From assembly GCA_049517415.1 (NCBI GenBank), contig JBEKSC010000025.1:1-44167 (forward strand): DNA of 44,167 nucleotides, read 5' to 3'. This document shows, one piece after another, positions 36,759-44,167 of this stretch. The DNA comes from Candidatus Bathyarchaeia archaeon (GTDB lineage: Archaea > Thermoproteota > Bathyarchaeia > 40CM-2-53-6). Within the stretch, counting starts at the first letter, position 1; the number at the start of each line of letters is the position of its first letter. Below the pieces are notes generated by a model, which saw only the letters and a program-made list of their open reading frames with translations, had not been told where the DNA came from and did no database searches. The translations under genes were made by a program, and so were the position numbers.

Positions 36759-37706
36759 TTAGTGCTTTGGATTGGCGCGTTCTACGAGGTGAACGCCCCT
36801 TGTAGCTAGGTTGCTGACGAATATCGTAGCTGATGGGAATTCTTTTCGAAGTTTGATGAGTGCCCGGTTAGCCTTGTCGCTGCGAATCACTCCGTGGACT
36901 GCTTCGCCGATCATATTCTGTGCTGCGCCAACAGCCCCAGCCGAGACCGTTGCTTCAATCAGACGCGCAATATTGGGAGATTGGAAACCAACCGTTTCAC
37001 CGAATTGCCGTGCCTCACCCAGAAACGTATGCAATTCAGGTTTCCGGCGGATACGGGCCATGGCTCTGCGCGCCGCAGGATTAACCCTGTTAGCCAAATC
37101 CGACCGAGAAAGGACTTCGCGGGTTTCGATAGGTCCTAAGTAAGCACAGACCACCACATGATCTTTGGGGTACAACAACCGATCCACTGAACCGATGCCC
37201 GGAGCGCCGGGTTCTGTAACTAGAACAAACCCGCCGGTTAACATCGCCGACGCGGTTCCCAGACCCGTCTTGTTTACAACTTCCGCGATATGTGTAATCC
37301 GTCCCAAATCGTTCAGCGTCATTGGAACATTAAGTGCGTCCACCAAGGCTAAGCAGCTTGCTAAAGTGCCTGCTGCACTAGTCCCGAAACCGGCCCCGAT
37401 TGGTACTCTGAGCCTTAAGTCCACATGGACATCCACTACGGTTCTTCCTGTTCTCAGGATTTCATTAATCGCCCATCGAGTGGTTTGTGCTTCTGGGGCA
37501 GGTTTTGAATTGATACGGATGTTGACCCGAGACTTCGAGGCCTTTCTAGTCGCTACCTTTGACGTTACTCCCTTGGAGATTGCGAAGCCTCCGCCTCTGG
37601 AACCTATGCGAGCGGGATCGATGATCGAGTTTCCGGCGTCGTCTGTTTCACAAACTTCGAAGAAACTCGAAATGCCGGCGGGACAAAACGCCTCCGACAC
37701 TGGCAA
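36759..37706 (-). CDS. Pantoate kinase (GHMP family)
   Basis: AFCPAGISSFF, PIGAGFGTSAA, HIAEVVNKTGLG, PGAPG, AQNMIGE. Confidence 0.9.
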   Translation of the reverse strand: MPVSEAFCPAGISSFFEVCETDDAGNSIIDPARIGSRGGGFAISKGVTSKVATRKASKSRVNIRINSKPAPEAQTTRWAINEILRTGRTVVDVHVDLRLRVPIGAGFGTSAAGTLASCLALVDALNVPMTLNDLGRITHIAEVVNKTGLGTASAMLTGGFVLVTEPGAPGIGSVDRLLYPKDHVVVCAYLGPIETREVLSRSDLANRVNPAARRAMARIRRKPELHTFLGEARQFGETVGFQSPNIARLIEATVSAGAVGAAQNMIGEAVHGVIRSDKANRALIKLRKEFPSATIFVSNLATRGVHLVERANPKH

Positions 37707-37718
37707 GGATCATCCGAC

Positions 37719-38516
37719 TTAATGTTGTTTGATTCCTCTGGAGCTGACGTTAACTCGCAGACTGGGAAAAGCAGCTCTGCAGGCTGCGACAATGGGGGGT
37801 GTGAGTAGAACAAGAAACGGGATTTCAGAAAGGTAAGTGAATGTGGTGGCAGCGTAGATGACCGAGATCGGGAGGAGCCCTGTTCCCACAACTGCGGGCA
37901 AGGTGAACAACGAGCTGTAGGCTACAATCCCGATGCCGATGATGATGCTACCGATGCCAAGGCCAATTGACGCTGCAGCCTCGAAGTCTGCCCACTTGTT
38001 GCGAACAACGGCCAGGCCGAGGATTGCGACCACGACGACTAGTCCGACGAACGCTACAAGAACCTGAGGAGAGGCGAAAAGATTAGGCCCTGCCAGAAGG
38101 TAGATCCCGTAGGCCGCGAGGATCACTGGAATAAGCAGACTGAGGATAATCATGCCTCGTTTGGCTGAGGCAGCTCTGTTCCTGTTCGTGAGCCAACCTA
38201 TGATGAAGAATCCGAGGAAATTTGACGGGACCCCCACCAGCAAGCTCAGTAAAGCGTCGTGATGACCGTAAATGACGTCAGCGAGGAAGATCCCGATGGC
38301 CGCTCCAACACCTCCCGTCCAGGCCCCAAATAGAACGCCAAATGTTGCTGGCACGAATACCTGCGGCCAGAACCGTATTCCATAGACCGTTATGGGGAAA
38401 ACGGTCCACAGCGCTCCAATGCCAAAGTAAACGGCAGCGTTCATCGCGGTCATTATCAGTTGAAGGGACGTTGGGGACCCCTTACGGCTCAAGGTTACTC
38501 TCTTTTCACTCAACAT
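37719..38516 (-). CDS. ECF transporter S-component with internal hydrophobic insertion
   Basis: TAMNAAVY, RFWPQVFVPATFGVLFGAWTGGVGAAIGIFLAD, GVPSNF; 265 aa. Confidence 0.8.
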   Translation of the reverse strand: MLSEKRVTLSRKGSPTSLQLIMTAMNAAVYFGIGALWTVFPITVYGIRFWPQVFVPATFGVLFGAWTGGVGAAIGIFLADVIYGHHDALLSLLVGVPSNFLGFFIIGWLTNRNRAASAKRGMIILSLLIPVILAAYGIYLLAGPNLFASPQVLVAFVGLVVVVAILGLAVVRNKWADFEAAASIGLGIGSIIIGIGIVAYSSLFTLPAVVGTGLLPISVIYAATTFTYLSEIPFLVLLTPPIVAACRAAFPSLRVNVSSRGIKQH

Positions 38517-38578
38517 GGTCCGCCTATTCTAAGTTATCCTCAATGCAGTTTGGACATGCTACGCTTTGCTTAGTCCAA

Positions 38579-38591
38579 CGAAATATTAAGA
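38579..38591 (+). promoter_or_regulatory. BRE/TATA promoter of tRNA-Gln
   Basis: CGAAA-TATTAAGA ending 30 nt before the tRNA 5' end. Confidence 0.6.
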
Positions 38592-38620
38592 TAAGCCAAT
38601 CCAGCTGGGTTGCACGCGGT

Positions 38621-38781
38621 AGCCCGGTGGTGTAGTGGTCAATCCACGCACGTGGGACTATGCATAGCATTGGCGCCAGATATCGGCCAATAGAAGGCTC
38701 TGGATCCCCTCCACCAGAGGAGAGACCTGCCGACGGGAGAGATAGATGCAACCCCGAATTCGAATCTCCCCCGGGCTACCA
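38621..38781 (+). tRNA. tRNA-Gln(CUG) with four predicted introns and encoded CCA
   Basis: Exons 38621-38642, 38662-38669, 38696-38703, 38725-38739 and 38759-38781 join to the 76-nt AGCCCGGTGGTGTAGTGGTCAAGCATAGCAGGCTCTGGACCTGCCGACGGGAGTTCGAATCTCCCCCGGGCTACCA, with fully paired acceptor, D, anticodon and T stems and the archaeal Gln A1-U72 pair. Confidence 0.92.
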
Positions 38782-38949
38782 ATCATACAGTTGCAATCTC
38801 GAGTAGTCAACAAATAGAAACAGCAGACTCGAACCGGCCTTTAGGTAAATTATTCGATCTTTCTGATGAGTTCAAAAACCGCACTAGGGTTGTTCTAGGA
38901 GACTCTCGCGAGTCTAACTTATCTTGCATAACTACAGTTTGACTGTCAT

Positions 38950-40245
38950 TCACTTGTAGGTTGCCACGCCCCATGTTTCAAGGGCTCGTTGAAGTTCCTT
39001 GTGTTGGCGAGCGTAGTCTTCGAGGTTTGTTCCTTGCATAGCCACCTCGATGGCTTGCCTCAAGGCACCGGCGCCCGCTTTGCCGCCGTCTGGGTGTCCC
39101 CAGATGCCTCCTCCCGCTTGTATGATTATGTCAGCGCCTACGATTTTGACGAGGTCGGGGATTTGGCCCGGATGGAGACCACCGGAACACACCGGGAAAA
39201 CAGGTTTGACGGTGCCCCAGTTTTGGCCTAGGCTGAAATCTTTCGAATCGACGTTCTTTTGTTGCAGGTTGTCCCTGAGCGCAAGGACCTCCTCCTTGGG
39301 TGATTCGAGTTTGCCGATGACAGTTCCAATATGTAGTTGGTCTACGCCAACAAGGCGCGCCACATCCGAGAGCGCGAGCATGGACATTCCATGAAGTGGG
39401 TTCCGAGTAAAGGCCGCGTGGAAAGCTCGGTGGGCATGAATTGCGAGTTTGAGAGCCTCACATTCCTCGCGGATTGTTTGGAGGCTGCCCCATCCGCAGG
39501 TGATTATGTCCACCATCACATATTCGCCTCCCGCCTCTGCGACCGCTTTGGCTCGACTAACCATCTCCTTTGTCTCCGCGGATATGTTGATCAAGTAGCT
39601 CTTTCGTTCCCCTGTGACTTTTTCGGCCTTGTCACGCAGTCTGAAACACTCGTTCACCCTTTCCTTGAATTTGTTGAACGGTTGCGAAGTAAGGTTCTCA
39701 TCATCCTTTAGAAGGTCTACGCCCCCAACCCAAGCCTCGTATCCGGCTTTGGCATGTTCCTTTGCTGTAAGACCGACCTTGGGCTTGGGCACTGTGGCTG
39801 TGAGAGGCCGTTTCCTTACTTTGAAGAGCTTGCGGATTCCACTCAAGCCAAGCCTCGGGCCACAAAAGCTATTCAAAATCCTTCTAGGCCACCGTATACA
39901 TTCTAACCTTAGGTTCTGGACAGCTTTCATTCCGAAGACGTTGCCAGCGACGGAGCTGAGAATTTGGGGCATATTCCCATACTCGAATAGTTGAGGCGGA
40001 TAAGAGACTTTCACTAAGTTGCCGTGGATTTCGTAAGCCTTAGCCATCAATCTTCGAATCCGAGGCTTCATCGTAGTCACTTCAGTCCAAGTCCCCACGG
40101 AAGATTCTGATGCGACCCTCCCCGCAGCGTCCTCGATTGAGAATCCAGACGCTGGCTCTACCCTGAAGAGGCAAAGTAAGTCCTCCGAACTCGGATTATA
40201 CTCAGCATCAACGAATTCGTGGTACCATTCAGTCAACTTGCTCAC
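38950..40245 (-). CDS. rbcL: Form III RuBisCO large subunit
   Basis: ESSVGTW, GN, PKPKVG, DLLKDDEN, HAHRA, HIGT, GKL, SGG, GGG: complete active-site set, so not a RuBisCO-like protein. Confidence 0.96.
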   Translation of the reverse strand: MSKLTEWYHEFVDAEYNPSSEDLLCLFRVEPASGFSIEDAAGRVASESSVGTWTEVTTMKPRIRRLMAKAYEIHGNLVKVSYPPQLFEYGNMPQILSSVAGNVFGMKAVQNLRLECIRWPRRILNSFCGPRLGLSGIRKLFKVRKRPLTATVPKPKVGLTAKEHAKAGYEAWVGGVDLLKDDENLTSQPFNKFKERVNECFRLRDKAEKVTGERKSYLINISAETKEMVSRAKAVAEAGGEYVMVDIITCGWGSLQTIREECEALKLAIHAHRAFHAAFTRNPLHGMSMLALSDVARLVGVDQLHIGTVIGKLESPKEEVLALRDNLQQKNVDSKDFSLGQNWGTVKPVFPVCSGGLHPGQIPDLVKIVGADIIIQAGGGIWGHPDGGKAGAGALRQAIEVAMQGTNLEDYARQHKELQRALETWGVATYK

Positions 40246-40267
40246 GCGGCTAATGAAACAGGTTGGA

Positions 40268-40277
40268 TTATATATTT
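40268..40277 (-). promoter_or_regulatory. TATA box of rbcL (probably leaderless transcript)
   Basis: Minus strand AAATATATAA ending ~23 nt before the GTG start. Confidence 0.5.
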
Positions 40278-40452
40278 GCTCAAGTGGCGCCTGCTAGTTT
40301 GGGTCTACGGTTGCCTTTCGATCAGGGGTTGGGACAGGCACAGACGTCTGATGAAAGAAAGCCTACTGTCGCTGCCGGAGCGGCCTGAAGCGTGAAGATA
40401 GCCGAGTAGTCAATAAATAGAAGCCACAGCACCTCGCCTTTCAGGTTGGAAT

Positions 40453-41394
40453 ATGAAATTCGGGATACAGCATCCAAACTTCACTTACGATGGCCAAGGT
40501 TCTCGGGTCGTTGATTCTCTCCAGGAACTCGCAACGGAAGCTGAGAGTATTGGATTCGACTCGTTTTGGGTGATGGACCACTTTCACCAAATTCAATACG
40601 TCGGGCAGACTAACGAACCAATGTTGGAATCTTGGACCACCCTTGCCGCCCTTGCAGGAATGACCTCGAAGATCAAGCTGGGACCCCTTGTCACGGGGAA
40701 CGTTTACAGGCACCCCTCAGTTCTGGCCAAGATCGGGGCGACGCTCGACATTCTTAGCAAGGGGCGATTATTCATGGGAATCGGCGCCGCCTGGAATGAA
40801 GAAGAATCGAAGGCGTATGGGATCCCATTCCCCGCAACCAAGGAACGTTTTCGGCGCTTGGAGGAGGCCGTCCAGATTATTCGGAAGATGTGGACCGAGG
40901 ATAGGGTTGACTTTGACGGCCAGTTCTACAAAATTAAGGGCGCGTACTGTAACCCAAAGCCGGTCCAGAAACCGCACCCTCCCATAATGATAGGTGGCGC
41001 TGGTGAGAAGGAAACGCTCAAACTAGTTGCTAAGTACGCCGACGCCTGCAACGTCTTCGGCTCACCTGACACATTTCGCAAGAAAATGAAGATCCTCCTA
41101 GACCACTGCAAAACGGTGGGGAGAGACTACGATTCAATTTTCAAAACGAAACTTGGCGTAGTATGGATCGATAACGACCGGACAGCGTTGGAACAGCGAA
41201 TTGCGACGAGATACAAGGACGTTCCGAAACAGATGCTGCGAGAGATGGTGACCTACGGCGACGCTGAGGAGGTTCGACAACAGTTGGAATTGTTCCGGGA
41301 CGCTGGAGTTCAGTTATTCATAATGAGTTTCGAACCCGACCGACAATTGGATGAACTGAAACTTTTCGGGAGTGAAGTTGCGAAACACTTCTGA
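40453..41394 (+). CDS. LLM-class (probably F420-dependent) oxidoreductase
   Basis: GFDSFWVMDHF, ESWTTLAALA, YRHPSVLAK, GIGAAWNEEE, PPIMIGG. Confidence 0.9.
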   Translation: MKFGIQHPNFTYDGQGSRVVDSLQELATEAESIGFDSFWVMDHFHQIQYVGQTNEPMLESWTTLAALAGMTSKIKLGPLVTGNVYRHPSVLAKIGATLDILSKGRLFMGIGAAWNEEESKAYGIPFPATKERFRRLEEAVQIIRKMWTEDRVDFDGQFYKIKGAYCNPKPVQKPHPPIMIGGAGEKETLKLVAKYADACNVFGSPDTFRKKMKILLDHCKTVGRDYDSIFKTKLGVVWIDNDRTALEQRIATRYKDVPKQMLREMVTYGDAEEVRQQLELFRDAGVQLFIMSFEPDRQLDELKLFGSEVAKHF

Positions 41395-41524
41395 TCACCA
41401 CGTGTTCATTCTAATAGAAGCCATAAAGAAACGGGACCGCAAGCCTTGAGCGTTACTCACAGGTCAACACTCTTTGAGTAGCAGCATTTATCATTCCGTG
41501 GCAGCACACGCAACATGAGAGTCC

Positions 41525-41782
41525 TTGCTACTAATAGTAAATCTTTCTTCGACGGGCGAAGCTTTCCCGATTCAGGTTTTGAAGGAGGTCGACTCAGCGT
41601 TGGCCACTGTTGGCTTCAAAAAGGAAGTTCACTCGGTCGTGGTACCGGGAAAAGAGTTCTCAGTCACCTATGAGGGCCCTAATATGGACAGGGTTCGAAT
41701 TGAAGAAATATTGAAGCCCGTGGCAGAACAAAACCAAATTGGCTTTTCTGTTGAGGTAGAGGAATCTGTAAGATTCCCCTGA
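41525..41782 (+). CDS. Hypothetical small alpha/beta protein
   Basis: 85-aa ORF with protein-like composition and TTTAT upstream; no motif recognised. Confidence 0.55.
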   Translation: MLLIVNLSSTGEAFPIQVLKEVDSALATVGFKKEVHSVVVPGKEFSVTYEGPNMDRVRIEEILKPVAEQNQIGFSVEVEESVRFP

Positions 41783-41787
41783 TCCGT

Positions 41788-42213
41788 TTAATCAGCCATG
41801 ATTCTCATATCGTCAAGATGAAACGTCGAGCGGTCTTCACTGAGGATCCATGCTGCCACGCCCTTTGGTTCTCCGTTTTGCACGGATACAACCAAATAGG
41901 TATACCATGGCCACGTGTTCTCTAGGTCGACCTGCGAAGGCTGAGGAGGCGCGTCAGGGTGTGAGTGATAGATCCCTATCAAATCGAGGTTAGCCCTTCG
42001 TGCTTCTTCGTCCGCCCTTACGAGTTCCATCGGATCAATGTTGAATCGATTTTTGCGTGAACTTCGATTGGTGTTCTGCGCCGACAGCGCGCGTACTATT
42101 ATTCGAGGGTCGGAATCCCTGCCCAAAAGAAAGCCGCAGCACTCCTCTGGATATGTCGAACGAGCATGGTTCATTATGAATTGCAGTTGGTCCCGTGTTA
42201 TGTATACGACCAT
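41788..42213 (-). CDS. JAB/MPN+ (M67) metalloprotease
   Basis: PEECCGFL and YHSHPDAPPQPSQVD JAMM motif. Confidence 0.93.
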   Translation of the reverse strand: MVVYITRDQLQFIMNHARSTYPEECCGFLLGRDSDPRIIVRALSAQNTNRSSRKNRFNIDPMELVRADEEARRANLDLIGIYHSHPDAPPQPSQVDLENTWPWYTYLVVSVQNGEPKGVAAWILSEDRSTFHLDDMRIMAD

Positions 42214-42357
42214 TTATGTGGCTCCTATCCAACGTTCCTATCCTAGGATTGCGCTTTAGTTTTACTCAGCTCACTACCCACAGCCTTACCACGCGCCGTT
42301 AAATCTTCAACTCAAGGGCAGTTAGTTTGCATTGTTGATTGCACGGTGAAATACCTG

Positions 42358-42534
42358 ATGCTCGAAGGCTATGCAAAAATGATCCTACCAACCCGCAGCG
42401 ATCGAAGTAAAACAGGGATTCTGTACATCCCAGCCGATATTGTCAAAGATTCATCATTCCCGTTCAGCCCAGATCAAGAAGTCGTAGTGCGGATCGATGG
42501 CAATCGCTTGGTTGTAGAGGAGTCGAGAGCATGA
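42358..42534 (+). CDS. Small AbrB/MazE-like protein, paralog 2, coupled to crenactin
   Basis: LYIPADIVKDSSFPFSPDQEVVVRIDGNRLVVE; stop overlaps the crenactin start (ATGA). Confidence 0.75.
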   Translation: MLEGYAKMILPTRSDRSKTGILYIPADIVKDSSFPFSPDQEVVVRIDGNRLVVEESRA

Positions 42535-43808
42535 CCGCAGAAACAGACTATCGAAGTCAGTACACTTTCGCTATGGACTTCGGGACAAGTGACTTCAAGT
42601 ATGGTCCCATAACATGCGGTGAAACGCCGAGAATTGTCAACAACCGAGGTTATTTTCCAGACAAGAACTCCGTTGTGTACAAGGCGTTTGAATCGACAGA
42701 TGAAGTCATTGTAGGGGAAGACGTTCCGCTCTACCTACAATCTGCTGAAGACCTATCAAGTCGCTTGGTTTACCCCATGCGCAACGGCATGATCGACAAG
42801 GCCGATGACACTGCATGGCAAGTGGTAAGCGCCCTAACCAACCTCGGGCTGAATACCTTCAAACCTGAACCGAACAATGGGTTTCAAGGATACTACGTCG
42901 TAGCATCGCTCTCGTCAGTATCACCACGTTACATGTACGAAAGGCTCTTGGACCTCTTCAAGCAAAACAACGCTAACGGAAATGTCAAGGCAATAACGGT
43001 CATACCTCAGCCATTCGCCGTAGCAATAGGTCATGGTGTGACGACTTGCGTCGTGATAGAATCAGGCCATGGCAATAGCCAAATCTGCCCTATCTCTAAG
43101 TACCCCATCCGCGCAGCGCAAGTTGTTCTCAACCGAGGCGGTGGCGACGCAAACGCAATTACGTCTGAGATCTTGAAAGACACGGGATACGGTGATCTTG
43201 CAAATGAAGAAGCGTTCGTTCGTAAAGTCAAGGAAAACATAGGACTTGTACCAGCAGACCTCGACGCTGCCCTAGACGAAGCGAAGAGGTCACCACGGAG
43301 ATTCAGGGCCAAGTATAAAGTGCCAGGAACGAGGGTCGAGATTGACTTAGAAAAGGACTCGTGGAGTAGGTTCCTGATCGGCGAATACGTGTTTAACCCG
43401 AACCACGAAGTTTTCGAGAGCTACTTCGGGCGAGGGATGCCGAGACCTAGGGACGTTAAGATGGGCGATACCACCTTCCGCGGGATGCTGGACTTCGGCG
43501 ATGCCATTGTTACTTCAGTAGAGCGATGCCCAGTTGAACTCCAACCGATGCTCTACCGTGAGGTGCTGTTGTCCGGCGGGAACTTCAGTTGGACCGTCCC
43601 TGAACGACTCGAAGATATCGCCGTCGACGCCCCCACAAAAATCAAGTCGCTACTTCGACAGAAGGGAATCAAGAATGTCTCTGTCAAGATGACAAAATCA
43701 CCTCAATTTTCTGTCTGGCACGGCTGCCTGATCTATGGCTTCGCTGTCCCAGATGACTACGAGTGGGATTGGCAACGCCTCGAGGGGTGGATGAAGCTCA
43801 GTGGCTAA
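42531..43808 (+). CDS. Crenactin (archaeal actin)
   Basis: DFGTSxxKYGPIT, PQPFAVAI, ESGHGN, LNRGGxxANAITxEILKD, RFLIGE, LSGGNFSW, PQFSVW, EGW, colinear with Pyrobaculum crenactin as recalled. Confidence 0.95.
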   Translation: MTAETDYRSQYTFAMDFGTSDFKYGPITCGETPRIVNNRGYFPDKNSVVYKAFESTDEVIVGEDVPLYLQSAEDLSSRLVYPMRNGMIDKADDTAWQVVSALTNLGLNTFKPEPNNGFQGYYVVASLSSVSPRYMYERLLDLFKQNNANGNVKAITVIPQPFAVAIGHGVTTCVVIESGHGNSQICPISKYPIRAAQVVLNRGGGDANAITSEILKDTGYGDLANEEAFVRKVKENIGLVPADLDAALDEAKRSPRRFRAKYKVPGTRVEIDLEKDSWSRFLIGEYVFNPNHEVFESYFGRGMPRPRDVKMGDTTFRGMLDFGDAIVTSVERCPVELQPMLYREVLLSGGNFSWTVPERLEDIAVDAPTKIKSLLRQKGIKNVSVKMTKSPQFSVWHGCLIYGFAVPDDYEWDWQRLEGWMKLSG

Positions 43809-44167
43809 CTTACCTATTGAGGATAGGTTGCTGCACTACTTTCTAGCAATGGGCGCGCATCAGACCGAGAGGTCCGAAATACCACAAAATAACCTCGCAT
43901 TCATTTCAGGTTCCGAGAAAGTTCACGTCGTCGTATTGAGGAGCGAGGACTTCGTTGAGAGAAACAAGGTTATTGAAGCCATACTCAGCCTGACATCTCT
44001 TCGGAATTCATCTCAATTGCTCTATTTGGCCGCACCACGACTACTGGGAGCTTCAATCGACGCCGCAATCTTCAAGCCCTACGGAATAGGCCTGCTCCTT
44101 TTCGACGAACGCAGGATCGACGAAGCTGTTCCTCCGCAATTAATGCAACCCCCAAATCTGACGCAGC
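43801..44167 (+). CDS. Arcadin-2-like protein, 3'-truncated by the window edge
   Basis: GTG overlaps the crenactin end and the frame is open to the edge: MANLPIEDRLLHYFLAMG...LYLAAPRLLGASIDAAIFKPYGIGLLLFD; resembles the arcadin-2 N-domain as recalled. Confidence 0.65.
   Translation, partial: MANLPIEDRLLHYFLAMGAHQTERSEIPQNNLAFISGSEKVHVVVLRSEDFVERNKVIEAILSLTSLRNSSQLLYLAAPRLLGASIDAAIFKPYGIGLLLFDERRIDEAVPPQLMQPPNLTQ

Noticed and set aside
38524..38751. 75-aa minus-strand ORF (and 38342-38635 on the plus strand)
   Set aside because: They overlap the tRNA-Gln gene, its promoter or the ECF gene; shadow ORFs.
38862..38920. CTGATGAG as a hammerhead ribozyme or C/D box sRNA
   Set aside because: No stem II-GAAA core and no properly spaced D'/C'/D boxes.
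40349..40388. TGATGA...CTGA as a C/D box sRNA
   Set aside because: Too short for two guide regions and the internal boxes are poor.
1..44167. CRISPR array, rRNA, transposase or integrase; long antisense ORFs such as 2550-3230 and 37165-37722
   Set aside because: No regularly spaced repeats, rRNA-like sequence or recombinase motifs were seen by eye; the antisense ORFs are shadows of well-supported genes.

Overview
Archaeal chromosomal window. Crenactin, arcadins, archaeal TPI, pantoate kinase, PPAT, form III RuBisCO and a Nitrososphaeria-like Rieske/cytochrome b point to a TACK/Thermoproteota lineage (Bathyarchaeia or deep Nitrososphaeria type; this is inference). Contents in order: (1) a thiol-redox/copper cluster ending in a YHS-CopA ATPase; (2) a NapH-like polyferredoxin and pncB; (3) a ~17 kb respiratory region with Rieske, cytochrome b, a CuA protein and ctaB, a geranylgeranyl reductase, and a membrane-arm-only complex I (nuoA-H-J-K-M-L-M...N) interrupted by an inverted atpH-E-C-K cassette; (4) prenyl synthase, tpiA, class 1 FBPase and class I aldolase; (5) housekeeping genes; (6) arcadin-1, a wHTH gene and a ~1.5 kb non-coding gap; (7) CoA biosynthesis genes, a tRNA-Gln(CUG) and form III RuBisCO; (8) an AbrB-like gene, crenactin and a partial arcadin-2. 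Best findings: a tRNA-Gln gene that appears to be split by FOUR introns (21/22, 29/30, 37/38, 53/54); a 2M complex I whose NuoL lateral helix carries a visible 26-aa tandem duplication; a CuA protein sitting where cytochrome c1 would be; and a split arcade (actin) cluster in which each half has its own paralogous AbrB-like gene. All family calls come from motif recognition by eye; no searches were run.
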